From Elusimicrobiota bacterium (GTDB lineage Bacteria; Elusimicrobiota; Elusimicrobia; FEN-1173): DNA of 64,000 nt. Position numbers and translations under genes: made by a program. The notes beneath the pieces are model-generated. The model saw nothing but the letters and a program-made list of their open reading frames with translations. It made no database searches and was not told the origin of the DNA. The DNA lies in assembly GCA_016706425.1 (NCBI GenBank), contig JADJJR010000001.1, positions 491,133 through 555,132 of the forward strand, written 5' to 3'. Shown here one piece after another: positions 27,559-38,700 of this stretch; position 1 is the stretch's first letter; every line of letters starts with the position of its first letter.

Positions 27559-28913
27559 TGAGGAAATTCCAGGTAAAGGGTTTCGCCCTGGGAATGGTCG
27601 CCCTGTTTATGCTGTTCCTCATCCCCATGGCCTTCACTTTGATTCAGCGCACCGTTCGTTTAAACCGGACGGTCTGGCGGGAGCAGGCCTCCGGCGTGGG
27701 TCGCCGTTTGGCCAGCGAGGTCATGGTGGACTACATGAGCCAATTCTCCAAAGGGTCCGGGTACTATGAAGACCACTTCAGCGCCTCGAGTTTGGCCCGG
27801 ACGGCCTCGATTTTCTCGGCCGGGGGCTCGACGGCCACCGTGATCCCGAACCCGGCGGCGCGGACAATTCTGATCCGCGCCCAAGGGAAGGCGAGGACAA
27901 CGGGCCAATCCACCCCGGAAAAAAACATCGAGGCGCTGATCCGTTTCATCCCCCTGGTGGGACAATTTGCCTTTGAGTTTCCCTTTAATTTTACGGACAA
28001 CGTTCCCGGGGATGTTTACGACGGTCCGGTCCGGGTGGGCATGAATTTTAATGTCGCCGGGGCGAACATTATTTTCAATCAGCCCGTGCTGGTGGGGCAA
28101 AACTTGAACGCGCGGATGGACACTCGATTCAATTCCCAGGTGTATCACGGCGGGACCCTCAACCCCGCGTACACCCCCGTGGTCTACACGGCCGGAGTTC
28201 CGATCCCCGATGTCTCTCCGACAAAATATTTCTCCATCGATCCCGTCTACTACGCCAACATATGCACGACGAGCTCCTTGGTCACGACCTGGTGGGAGTT
28301 TCAGGACAACGCGGGCGTGGGGGAATTCCGGTCCACCATGGATCAAAACGGGGATTTTAATATTGATGGGGCCGATGGGCTCCCAGGGCCTTGGACCCCC
28401 GTTCCCGCGTCCGGCGGCGTGTTTTTCACGTGGAACGTGAAAACCTTCGTGTCGGGCACCGTTCGGGGGAGAGTGACCATCGTTTCGGGATGCAGCGGGG
28501 GGGCCCCCAACGACGGTGTGCGCGGGGCCATCGAGGTTGTCGGGGCGTTTGGGTATCCCGGGGCCCAACTTTACGCCAACCCGCAGAGTTCTATTTTTCT
28601 CCTTGCGGGTCGACGGTTCATCTTGGACATCGTGGTGAATGGTCCGACAACCATGGCGGGGGCTTTCTATGTGGAAAACCCGATTTACAACAGCCCGGAA
28701 TGCGGGGGGGGGGGCGACGCCAGCCTTATAAGAAGGCGGGGGGTGGGGGCTGTGGGGGGCGACCAAATCAATATTTACGGTTCTTGGAACAACTCAGGCT
28801 CATGCGAGGCCTTTAATTGGAGGGTTTTCCACGATCCCAGTTTAACCCTTTATCCCGCTCCCGGCGTCCCCGAATACCCGGCCCTCATGAGCTGGCGGCG
28901 TTACAGGAATTAG
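27558..28913 (+). CDS. PilX-like N-terminal hydrophobic-helix protein (minor pilin or pilus assembly-like), third gene of the pilin-like operon
   Basis: GGAGG RBS. MMRKFQVKGFALGMVALFMLFLIPMAFTLIQ resembles PilX N-terminal domains. The 451-aa beta-rich body carries a Gly-rich stretch. It overlaps the previous gene's stop. Confidence 0.45.
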   Translation: MRKFQVKGFALGMVALFMLFLIPMAFTLIQRTVRLNRTVWREQASGVGRRLASEVMVDYMSQFSKGSGYYEDHFSASSLARTASIFSAGGSTATVIPNPAARTILIRAQGKARTTGQSTPEKNIEALIRFIPLVGQFAFEFPFNFTDNVPGDVYDGPVRVGMNFNVAGANIIFNQPVLVGQNLNARMDTRFNSQVYHGGTLNPAYTPVVYTAGVPIPDVSPTKYFSIDPVYYANICTTSSLVTTWWEFQDNAGVGEFRSTMDQNGDFNIDGADGLPGPWTPVPASGGVFFTWNVKTFVSGTVRGRVTIVSGCSGGAPNDGVRGAIEVVGAFGYPGAQLYANPQSSIFLLAGRRFILDIVVNGPTTMAGAFYVENPIYNSPECGGGGDASLIRRRGVGAVGGDQINIYGSWNNSGSCEAFNWRVFHDPSLTLYPAPGVPEYPALMSWRRYRN

Positions 28914-29191
28914 ATCGGCCGAATCGCCCGTCGGGGATCTCCACCGGTCGACGCTTTCCCTGTGTTTAATCGCCCAGAATCGGTTCACGGCGCTCCCCCT
29001 TTGGCTTGGGTTAGAGCCCGGATTTTTCAATAGAACGCGGGATTCGACGAACGACGTCGGACATTTTCTTCCTCAAAAAGCTCGTCCGATGTCCCTGTGA
29101 CCGCGCTAGCGGAAGTGCCGTAGGGGAACGGCCGTCGACCTCGCTTTTTTCGTCGAAAATGCCACAGCCTCGTTCGTCTCGGTCCACACGC

Positions 29192-29692
29192 CTATTGCAA
29201 AGTCCGGGTTAGAACGCTCCGGGGAATTTGGGTTTCCCGGGCGGGTCGCAACCAGCGCGGCGGGGGCCGACGGGTCCAGGTGGCGAACCCCAATTTTTCT
29301 CCCCGGTAAAAAGCGCGATAGGCGGCCACCGCGTCCCCCGGGACCCGGTATTTTTCGGGCATGGCCTGGGCGAAGGGCGTCAATCCGCGCCGCGGGAAAC
29401 GCGCCCCGGCGATGGCCTTTAACACCGCGATGGATTTGTGATCGGTGCTTTTAGGATATCGGTGCCGGTATTCCTCGTTCAGCGCCAGGGCCAAGGACCG
29501 CAACCAACAAAAGTTGTCGTGGGATTCACCCGCCCAGAGCACGCAGGGGTGGTTGACGTGGGTGGAACGGTAGGGGGTTTTGAATCCCTTCCCATTGAGG
29601 ACGGTGCAGAGAATCTGCACGCTCTCCAAGATCATCTTGATCACGTGCTGGTCGCAGTGGGCGCGCGCGCAGCGGGCAATGGCGCGATCCAA
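29192..29692 (-). CDS. Candidate pyrimidine-dimer DNA glycosylase (T4 endonuclease V / DenV-like, Pyr_excise family)
   Basis: 166 aa. The N-terminus ...RAHCDQHVIKMILESVQIL... and HVNHPCVLWAGESHDNFCWLRSLALALNEEYRHRYPKS parallel T4 endoV (..ADQHLMAEYRELPRV.., ..HVTFFYDKLEFLRKRQIEL..). This is weak, motif-level similarity only. Confidence 0.4.
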   Translation of the reverse strand: MDRAIARCARAHCDQHVIKMILESVQILCTVLNGKGFKTPYRSTHVNHPCVLWAGESHDNFCWLRSLALALNEEYRHRYPKSTDHKSIAVLKAIAGARFPRRGLTPFAQAMPEKYRVPGDAVAAYRAFYRGEKLGFATWTRRPPPRWLRPARETQIPRSVLTRTLQ

Positions 29693-29718
29693 AATAAAAA
29701 TGTTCAGAGTGCCCCCGT

Positions 29719-32700
29719 TTAGGCTTGGGTGAGGAGGGTCCGGAGGTTCTCGATTTCCCGGGCGATGGCCGCGGACAGCCGGGCCACACCGATGATAACA
29801 AAACCCTCGAGCGGGACGACCGCCTCGTCGTTGCGCGCGATGACGCGCGAACCCCGACCGATGGGGTTCTCGGCGCCCGCGGCGTTCCAGCGGTCAATCC
29901 AATCCACCAACGCCGTGAGCACCAACCGACCCGCGCCGTCCGCCAGGCCCGGGGCTTCGCCGGGGGTGACGAAACGGACGCGCGCGCCACGCCGCGCCGC
30001 TTCGGTCCAAAGGTCCCCCAGGGGGCCCGGTCGGTCCGCCGGCACCACCAGCGTCGTCCCCGGTTGGAGGGCGCCGACGAGGCCGGAGAGATAACGCCGG
30101 GTTCGATCCCGTTCTTCCGCTTCCCAGGAGTCAAACCCCAAGAGGTTCACGTGCAGAGTGGTTTCATTGCGCCTCTCCGCTTCCCGCGCGGCGGCGGCGC
30201 CGGTTTCCCGCAGGGCCGACCCTTCCAGGGCCGCCGCGGTCACCCGGCCGTCGAGAATCGCCCGGGCGGTGGGCGCGTCCGCCGCCAAAAGGCGGACGGT
30301 GGGGACAAATCCTTCTTCCAGTTGATCATCGGAAGCCCCGACGACGCGCCGGCGCAGGTCCTCCAGACCGGTGGCCCCCCAATAATTGTCCCCGTTCTTA
30401 AAGACGGCGGGGGGCACGTCGAAACGGACGGGCCCGGCCTCGCCCAAAAGCAAGGATCGCAACAGCGCCGCGCGCGCGGCGCTGTCGTCCGTCAGTCGGC
30501 CGGTCCCGCGCCGCAGGAAAACGACGCCTCCCAGCATGGCCAAAGCCGTGGCGGGCGTCCCCGGGGCCTCGGACACCCGTTGCGGTTTGACGTCCACCAC
30601 GATTTCCGCCCCGCTGTAGGGCACCCGGAAACGGACTTCGTACCGCCCCCCGCCCAGATTTTTCGAACTCAGATAGACAACGCCCGGGTAACGCCGCTGT
30701 TCGGCCAGGCGAACGGCCGCCCGCAGGGGGGCCGTGAGCAGGTCCACCTCCTTGGGGGAGAGGACGTGGGGAGCCGCGGTAATACTTCCATCGAGAAAAC
30801 GGTGGGCCATCCAGCGTTGTGCGTTGATTTGATTTTGGTCGTAGGCGATCCGAACCACGGACAAACCCGCGTAAAACTCCATGGCGCGGGCGGTGTCTTC
30901 AAGCGCCATGCCCTCGTCCTGGGTGGGTGTGATTTTCTTGGAGCGGAGCCGCTCGCTCCGTTCCAAATGGGACAGTTCGTGAACCAGGGCCACAAACACA
31001 TACGCCGGTTGAGCGTCCGCCCCCCCGATGTAAATAACAGAACGTCCGTTTCTTAATTCGGCCGCGGCCGCGGCCTCCGGCCCTTTCGGCGCCACGACGA
31101 TGTGGGGGCGCGTCTTTTCCAGGACGTGGCGAAAACGTCCCTTTTCGAATCTCCCCAAATGTTCGATGGTGGAGGCCAGGACGGAGGCGCTGGTGGCGTC
31201 GTTCGCGTTCCTCAGGAGGGCCGCGAGGTCGGTCCCGGCCGGAAGCGACCTGGCCAACTCCTTTTTTAAAGCCGGAGCAATTTTTTGCGTCACCAGGGCT
31301 TCGTTGAGGGACCAGGCCGGGGGGGGCGTCCCTTGGGCAACGACCAAAAGGGGAAGAACGAACAACGCCGCGGCCAGCATCAATGGAGCGACGGCGCGCG
31401 CCAACGGGCCGCCCAGCCGGGGCATGTTCTCGATAACGTTTCGTGCGGCCCGGGACCAACGACGCATCCCGGCCAACACCGCCCCCGCCGGTGGAATGGC
31501 GGGGGGGATCGTTGCCTCCGCGGTGGGGACCCGACGCGGCGCCCGGGCGATCGTCTCGCTGAGCGCCATCCGGACCGAAACGATTTGGGGAACCAGCCGG
31601 GCGCGGGTTTCAGGGCCCGCGTCCGTTCCCGCCATCTTCCAGGACAGGGCCAAACTCATTTCAAGGCCGACAGCGGCGGGCGCGCCCAGGGAGAGGGCCC
31701 GCGCCGCCGCGGAGGCGTGGGCGGCGGTGACTTTTTCACGAATCTCCTCTCGAAGCTTCGCGATCAATTCGGCGCGCGACTCCTCCGGGGAGCGGTCGGG
31801 GCGGTCGGCCAGGCCCGCCAGTTCCGCGGGTGCGAAATGCAACAACACATAGTCCGCCACGGCATCCAGACTTCCCAGATGGATGTTCTCCGAACGGAGG
31901 GATTCGCCAATTCCCCAGGCGACTTCCACCTGGGTCACCAGGGGCTCCCCGGAGGGAAACCGCAGGGTTTCCCCTCCAAAAAAAGCCTGTTCCTCCCGGG
32001 GCGATAAACCGACGCCGCGGGGGTAGCCCTCGCGGGTCCCACGCCACCACATCTTGAAGAAGAAGGGCCACGCCGCCCACGCGGGGATGTTGACCAGCAA
32101 TTTTTCGGCGGAGGGATCGTGCATGACACCCCCGGTGATTTTGTCCCTCAACAGAGCCGCGAGGCGAACGGGGAACCGATCGGGGGTGTTCGCGCCCCGC
32201 GCTTCCCCCGGAAGGCGCAGCCAACCCTCGTTGTTCAGAAAAGTCAGAGCGTAGCCCAAATCTTTTCCCAGGGGCACGCCCAGCCAACGGCGCGCGGCCA
32301 ACCGGAGTCGAATCGCCCGAACGGCCGCGCGGGGGAAAGGGATTTCAATCAACACATTTTCGCCGTCGCCGTAGGTCATGAGGGACGGCGGCACGTCGAA
32401 CAATCCCTCCTCTTGCCATTTCTCGGCCAGACGGCCGCTTTGCCCGTTCAAGGCCCGGTCCATGGAGGACAACGACCCCAGCGGGGCGGGGGTCGCGTCG
32501 GGCATGGCTTCGAGGGCCCCCAGGGTGAGGTCGGGGGCGATGGCCAAGGCCTCGCGGCCCCCGGCGGGGACGGCCGGGGGGCGGCGGTTTATCCAGCCAT
32601 ACAATGTCGCGGCAAACCGGCTCATTCGCGTGGGTTCCACGGCCGGGGACGGCCCGGCCGGATCGCCAAAGCCGGTGCGGGTGTGGGCGAAGAAGGTGGA

Positions 32701-35700
32701 CGGGTCCTCGTAACCGGCCCGGTGTTTTTCATACCGGGTTTTCAATCGGTGGGGGGTGTCGAAGAGCCAGTGAATTCCATTGCCCAAGAACGTCCCCAAT
32801 CCCAGGGCCCCTCGAATGGGGGCGCGCCATAAAGCGTTGAACGCATGGGGCAGAGCGCGCCTCGCCCAACGGGCCGCGACGACGGCCGTTAACGCCCACG
32901 GAAGGGGGGACCCAATTTGGTGTGGAGCGGGTGGGCCCGCCGGCGGGGTCGCCGGCGAGTCGCCAAAGTCCGCCACGCTTTCCCAATGGATCTGGGAATC
33001 CAAGAAGGTTGTGTCCGATGGGGGGCGGGGTTTTTGCCGCGCCCACCGCGCCACGATCGCGCCGGCCAACCCCAATCCTGTCACCGCCATCAAAATCGGG
33101 TTGGTCAGGCGGAAAGTCGCCGCTGCCAGGCCGCCTGTTTCAGAAACGGGGGCGACCGCGAGGGAGCCGACCGACGGGACCAAGGGAACCGCCGCGCCCG
33201 CCGCGGCGGTTTCAACGGCCGCCGGCGCCCCCTCGATCGCCGCGCGCAGGAAGATTTCCTGGCCGGGGAAGATCAAATTGGGATCGACCAAACCGTTTAA
33301 GCGGGCCACGTCCATCACGCGGGCGACGAGTTCCGCGTTGTTGCCCCCCTCCGCGAATTGGAGGATGCGCCACAGGGAATCGCCCTGTTCGACGAGAGCT
33401 TTCAGACCGCCTCCTTCCAACGGGATCAGAGTGGCGGCGCCGGCGACGTCAACGGGCGCCAAAAACAGGGCGGTCAGGAGGAGGGCGCCTAAAGCGACGC
33501 CCCAAAGGCTCCCTCGCCGCGTCGGCAAAGGATCGAAAACGGTGGCCTCCCGGGTCTCGGCAAAGTCCCGCCGGGCGGGGGTCAGAGTGCCGTTGGTGGA
33601 AAAATCATGGATGATGATGTCGTTGCCGTCGCGAACCACCTCAAAGTGGAGCCGGGACACCCCCCCCAACATCGCGGGGGCGAGGCCCAGGCGACGTTCC
33701 ATCACCCCCCGACCCATCACAAGGGGGCGTTGACCGTCCCCTCCCGTCGGCGCGTCGCGGCGCGCCCCGTTGGGCGCGAGGAGGAAAAGCGCTCCGTTCG
33801 TCGGATCGATGTCGAGTACGAAAGTCGGGCCGGCGACCACGGGAACCGGCAAATCCGATATGGGCAATCGCGAGACGCGGCGCTCGCTGTTTCGCAAAAG
33901 ACGGACGGTTTGGGTCGCATGGCCCCAGGCTTCAACGACCCGGGTCTCATAAAGCGTGGGGTCGGCTGTGGTTTTGAAAGCGTTCCGCAACCGGACCACC
34001 CCGGGTTTGAGGGCCTCCGGGCTCAGGGGTTCCCGGGCCAAATCGAGGAGGGCCGCGGTCAAATGGTCCTGGGCGGGGACGGTGGGGGGACGCGGGGTCT
34101 CGAGGCCGGGGTTCGCCGGGGCCCGCCGGTCCTGAAAAAGCGCGTTCGGGGAAGGCGCAAGCACGGTGGGCTCGAAGGATGGCCCCACGGGGGGCCGGGC
34201 CCCATCGGGGGAGGGCGATCCCGCGAATGGGTTCCATCGCGTTTCTTCCACGCCCTCCATCAACCAACGGAAAAAGGCGGACCCCCGCAACGCCGCGGGC
34301 AGCGGACGCGCCCCAAACCAGGTCGTGACGGGGGCCGCCAACCAGGTCACCAAGAGAAAAATCACCAAAGGGGTAAAGGAGATGTTGTACGCCCAGAAGG
34401 CGACGATCCAAGCGGTTGCGGCCAATGCGACGATGCCGGTGGATCGAAAAGCGTCCGCGAGCGTGAGCCCCCGGGAGGCCCTTTCGGCCTCGGATTGAAC
34501 TTTCCAGGTCAATCGGTTTCCAAGGATTCGAGCCGTTGCTCGGAAAGCGCGCAAGGGCCCGAAAACGATTTCCGGGAAATACATGAAGGGGGATGTCACT
34601 ATTTCCATCCCGCCGATCAAGAGGTCCCGGGCCGCGTTGGTCCCCGCCCGAGCGGCGGTTGACCGGTCGCCCGCCCACAACGCTCGAAGCGCGTCGATCG
34701 CGGAGCGGGCGGGCTGGTACAGTTTGGGCAAGAGAACCAACCCCACCCCGACGATCAAGAACGAAGCCCACATTAAAACGGGGTTGGAGTGCACGATCGG
34801 GGAGCCGGGAAAAGCCGACAGCATTGTCATGGATGTCCAGACAATGAAAAGGGGCGCTTGCACGAAAATGCGCGTGGAGTAATGGGCGATATAAAGCGCC
34901 TCAAAAGAGAAAGGAACGACCTCCTTGGACCACGACCAACTCCAGGGCGCCTTTTGCCCCGCGGTGCGGGCGGTTCCGCGAGCGAAGAGGTCGAACAGGC
35001 GCCCGAAAATCCCCGGCGATAAGTAGGCGGCGTTCAACAGGTCGCCGACGGTCCATCGAAGGGCCTGTTCTTGTCGACTGATCGGGTTGGCCGGGGTGTC
35101 CTCGTAGAACGCAACATCTCCGGTGTACGCCGGGTTGAGAAACAGAGCTTCAATCGTGTCGTGGCTGAGCAGGGCGGGGGGCAAAACCTCCCGGGGGGAG
35201 GCGGGGGTCCCGACAAATTGGTCCAAAAAGGTTTCGTTGCGGGCGAGTCCTTTGCCGTAGGCCCCTCCCCGCCCGAGAAGTTGAAACTGGGTTTCCGGGA
35301 TGCGGGACATCCACCGGTGGGTCAGGGTGCTGCGGAATTGGGTCCACGTTTCGAGGCGGGCCGGAAGAAGGCCGGGTTGAATGAACCCACGGTCCGGGTT
35401 GGCGGCGCCGATTTCAACCAAACGGCGAATTGTTCCCGGTGGCGCTCGGTTGTCGGCGTCCATTAAAATGCTGAAGACAACGGGACGGGGGTTTTCCCCG
35501 AACGAGGAGCGCCCTTCCCGCAGGCCGGCAATGTCCGCGGCCATTCGTTGGTCCAACGCGTCGATTTCGGGGTCGTTGGGGCCGGGGGGCGGTTCAATGT
35601 TGCCGCGCGCGCCGAACGTCGGTTTCTCCGCGCTGCGATCGCCCCGGTCCAAATAGTTGATCGGGCGTTCTTGGCCCCGCGTCGCCAACGCCATGAAATC

Positions 35701-38700
35701 AAGGTACTGACCGGGTTTCTTTAATACGGTCGAGGCGCGGTGGAGGTATTTGAGACCTTGGGCGGTCCGCTCGATCAGATCGAGAACGGCGGCGTCCCGC
35801 GCGCCTCCCGTCAGACCCGCGGCCTCCCAGCGGGTCTCATGGAACAACCAAAAATCGTCCCGCGGTCCGGGGACGGCCCGACCCGCGCGTCGTGCCCCGG
35901 CTTCTTCGGATAAAATCCGCCGTATCTGTTCACGCGCGTTTTCGATCGAATCCAATTCGTGGGTCACGATGCCCCGGGGCGCGGAGGCGCTGACGAGCAC
36001 GGCGATCACGTTCCCCCGGGGATCCAGATTGTCGAGGTACGACCGCGTCATATTGTCCACGGCTTCCGCCGAGCTTTCCCGGTGGGTCGACCGGAGCATG
36101 TACGTCAACGCCGTCCGGGCACCGTCGGGGACACCGTCGCTGAAATTCGAACGCCGCAACACCGCGGCGCCCTTCACGGGGAAAGCGGAACGAAGCGTGA
36201 GGAGAATCAAATCGGCCACGCCCCCGTTCAAAACGAAGGTGATGGCCAAATACAGCGCGGCGATCGGGGTCGAGGAGGCCGACCAATCGAGCGTCAGCGC
36301 GAAGAGCCCGGTCAAGGCCGTTGCGAGAACGAGGACTTCTCCCAGATAACGACGCGTCGCGGGCAATGCGGGAGCCGTCCGGCGGCCCGGCTCCATCGGT
36401 TGGTTTCGAAAATCCGCCCCCCGCCCTTCGCCGTCCCGGCCGCGCAGGCCATCCACAAAGCCCGCCCAGGCCGCCGTTAGCACGCGGGGATTCCGGGTCC
36501 GGACCGCCACCCGGAGGACTCGGAGAATGGTTAACGTTGTTTCGACCAGTCGCAACAGGGGTTTGGAAGCGAGGGGGGAATTGTAAGTGAAGATCAAAAC
36601 CATAGATCGGACAATGTAGTAAGTGCGCGCGGGAGAAAAATTGCCATAAAGGTCCCCGTCCAAACTCTGATGGACGTTGTGTAAAATTTTTTCCCGCACG
36701 GGCGCCATGGCGATTTGGTCGCCGCCTTGTCGCACACGGGAAAACCAATCGCGGTCTTCGTTGCCGAAAAAGTAGCCTGATTTAAAAAGCCCGTGTTTGG
36801 AAAAAGCCTCCAAACGGACCAGGACCGCCGCTGTGGCCACCCCATCCACAGCGGCCTTCTCCCCGGTGGGGACGCCGTTGCCCCGGTCCGAGGCCCATTG
36901 CCCGGGCCAGCGCCACACGTTGTGGTACCAGTTTCGCCACACCCGATCGGGACGGTTTTCAAAGTGGAGGGGCGGCGCCCAGGCCACCCGGTCCGGGGAA
37001 TCGGACTCCGCCGCCACGACCATATCCTCCAAGCTGGACGCCGTGAGGCGCACATCGCTGTCGACCAGGAAAACATAATCCGGTCTGTCGGCGGGCGCCC
37101 GTTCGAGGAGGCGCCTCAGTCCGACGTTGCGACCCTCCGCGGCCCCGGTGTTCCGGTCGTTGACGATCAATGTGCTCCGGGGGACTTGCGCCACGGCCCG
37201 GGCCAGGGTTTCGGCCGGCGCGTCGGTCGAGGCGTTGTCGACCACGATCAACTCCCAAGGGGTTTTCCCAGCGGGCCAGGCGGCCATTCGTTCGATGGCG
37301 CGCACCGTGTCGCCGGTGTCGTTGTGGGTCAATATCAGGATCGCCGCCCGGGGGACGGTGCCAACGGGGCGCGCGGGTCGGGGGGTGGGAGGCGTGGGTC
37401 GTCCCGCGCGGGGGAATCGAATGACGAGAAGGTTCACGGTCGCGTGCAGGCCGAGAAAAACGAGATAGGCCACTTGGGCGGGGGTCAAACCCACGACGGC
37501 CGTTCCATCGGCGGGCAGGCCCAACAGGAGACCCGCCACCGCGACGAGCCCCGCCGCCAAGGCGGCGTTGCCCTTGGCACGGCGGCGATCGCGGGTGAGG
37601 AAATCCCCGAGGTGGAGCACGGCGTAAGCGGCGAGGGACAGACGGACGAACAAATCGAAATCCCCCGGCAGGCCGACGGCCGCGCCGATCCCGGCGGCGA
37701 TGAGCCCGGCGAGACCGGCTTCCGTCGGCACCGAAAGGCCTCGGTAGCGGGCCGCGGTGACATGCAACGCCTTGGGGGTGGACGCGTTCCACAATCGCGG
37801 GAGCCAGAACATCATTCCGCCGACCGTGTTTGGTCCCGGGTCGAAGTTGTTTCGCCAGCGGGCCGCCCAGGTTTCGGCGGCGTCGTTGAACCGGGCGTGG
37901 AGGTCGTTGGTGCCGATGCGGAACGACACGCCGCCCCGCAGGGGGTCGCGGGACACCGTCACGCCGGGTTCGGCGACGGTGGTCCGTCCGGTTTGCATCA
38001 GGTGCTGGAGGGCCAAGTAAAAACGCTGAACCACGCCCGGCCCCGCCAGCGCGATGGGGCGCGAGAGGTAAACCCGCTCGCCCGAGACCAGCTTTTCGAT
38101 GGGCAGGGGGTCCTGGGCGAGGAGGTCCAGATAGGGGTTGTCGGCGGGGATCTCGCGCATCGCGGGAGCGACCACCACGTAGGACACCTGTTGGCGCCGC
38201 CAGAGGGCCATCAAACCGTCGGTGTGGAAGCCCCCCGCCACCAGCACGCCCCGGTCGGCGCCGCGGGCGGCGATGGCGTCGAGGAGGTTTTGGGACAGGG
38301 CCGCGTTCCGGCTCAAGGCCAATTCGCAGAAATCCTCAAAGGGTTTTAATTCCGCGGCCGTGAAGTCCGTCGCGTCCGCGGCCGGGTCAAGGCCCTGGTA
38401 CCGGGCGTTCAGGGCGAGGAGCCCGTCGCGCCGCGCCGTGTAATCGCGCCAGTCCGTCGGGGCCAGCGTGTGGGCGAAGGCTTTTTCCAAAAGCGCCAGG
38501 TCCCGCGCGATTCCGACCAGCGCCCGTTCCCGGGGGGTCCGGGCCAAGGCGTTTTGGACGCGATTTCGACGGACGGCGATTTCCTCCAAAAGGGCCGCGC
38601 GATCGATGGCGTCGGCCGAGGACACGTAATCGATGTAAGCGGAAAGGGGGGCGAAGGCGCGGAGGTCGACGCCGTGGGCGCGCGCCACGGACCGGAGGCG

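Noticed and set aside
28914-29191. Possible terminator hairpins in the convergent intergenic region between the pilin-like operon and the DenV-like gene (short palindromes CGACG..CGTCG, GGACAT..ATGTCC)
   Set aside because: The stems are short (5-6 bp) with long loops and no clean U-tract. They are not convincing as intrinsic terminators.
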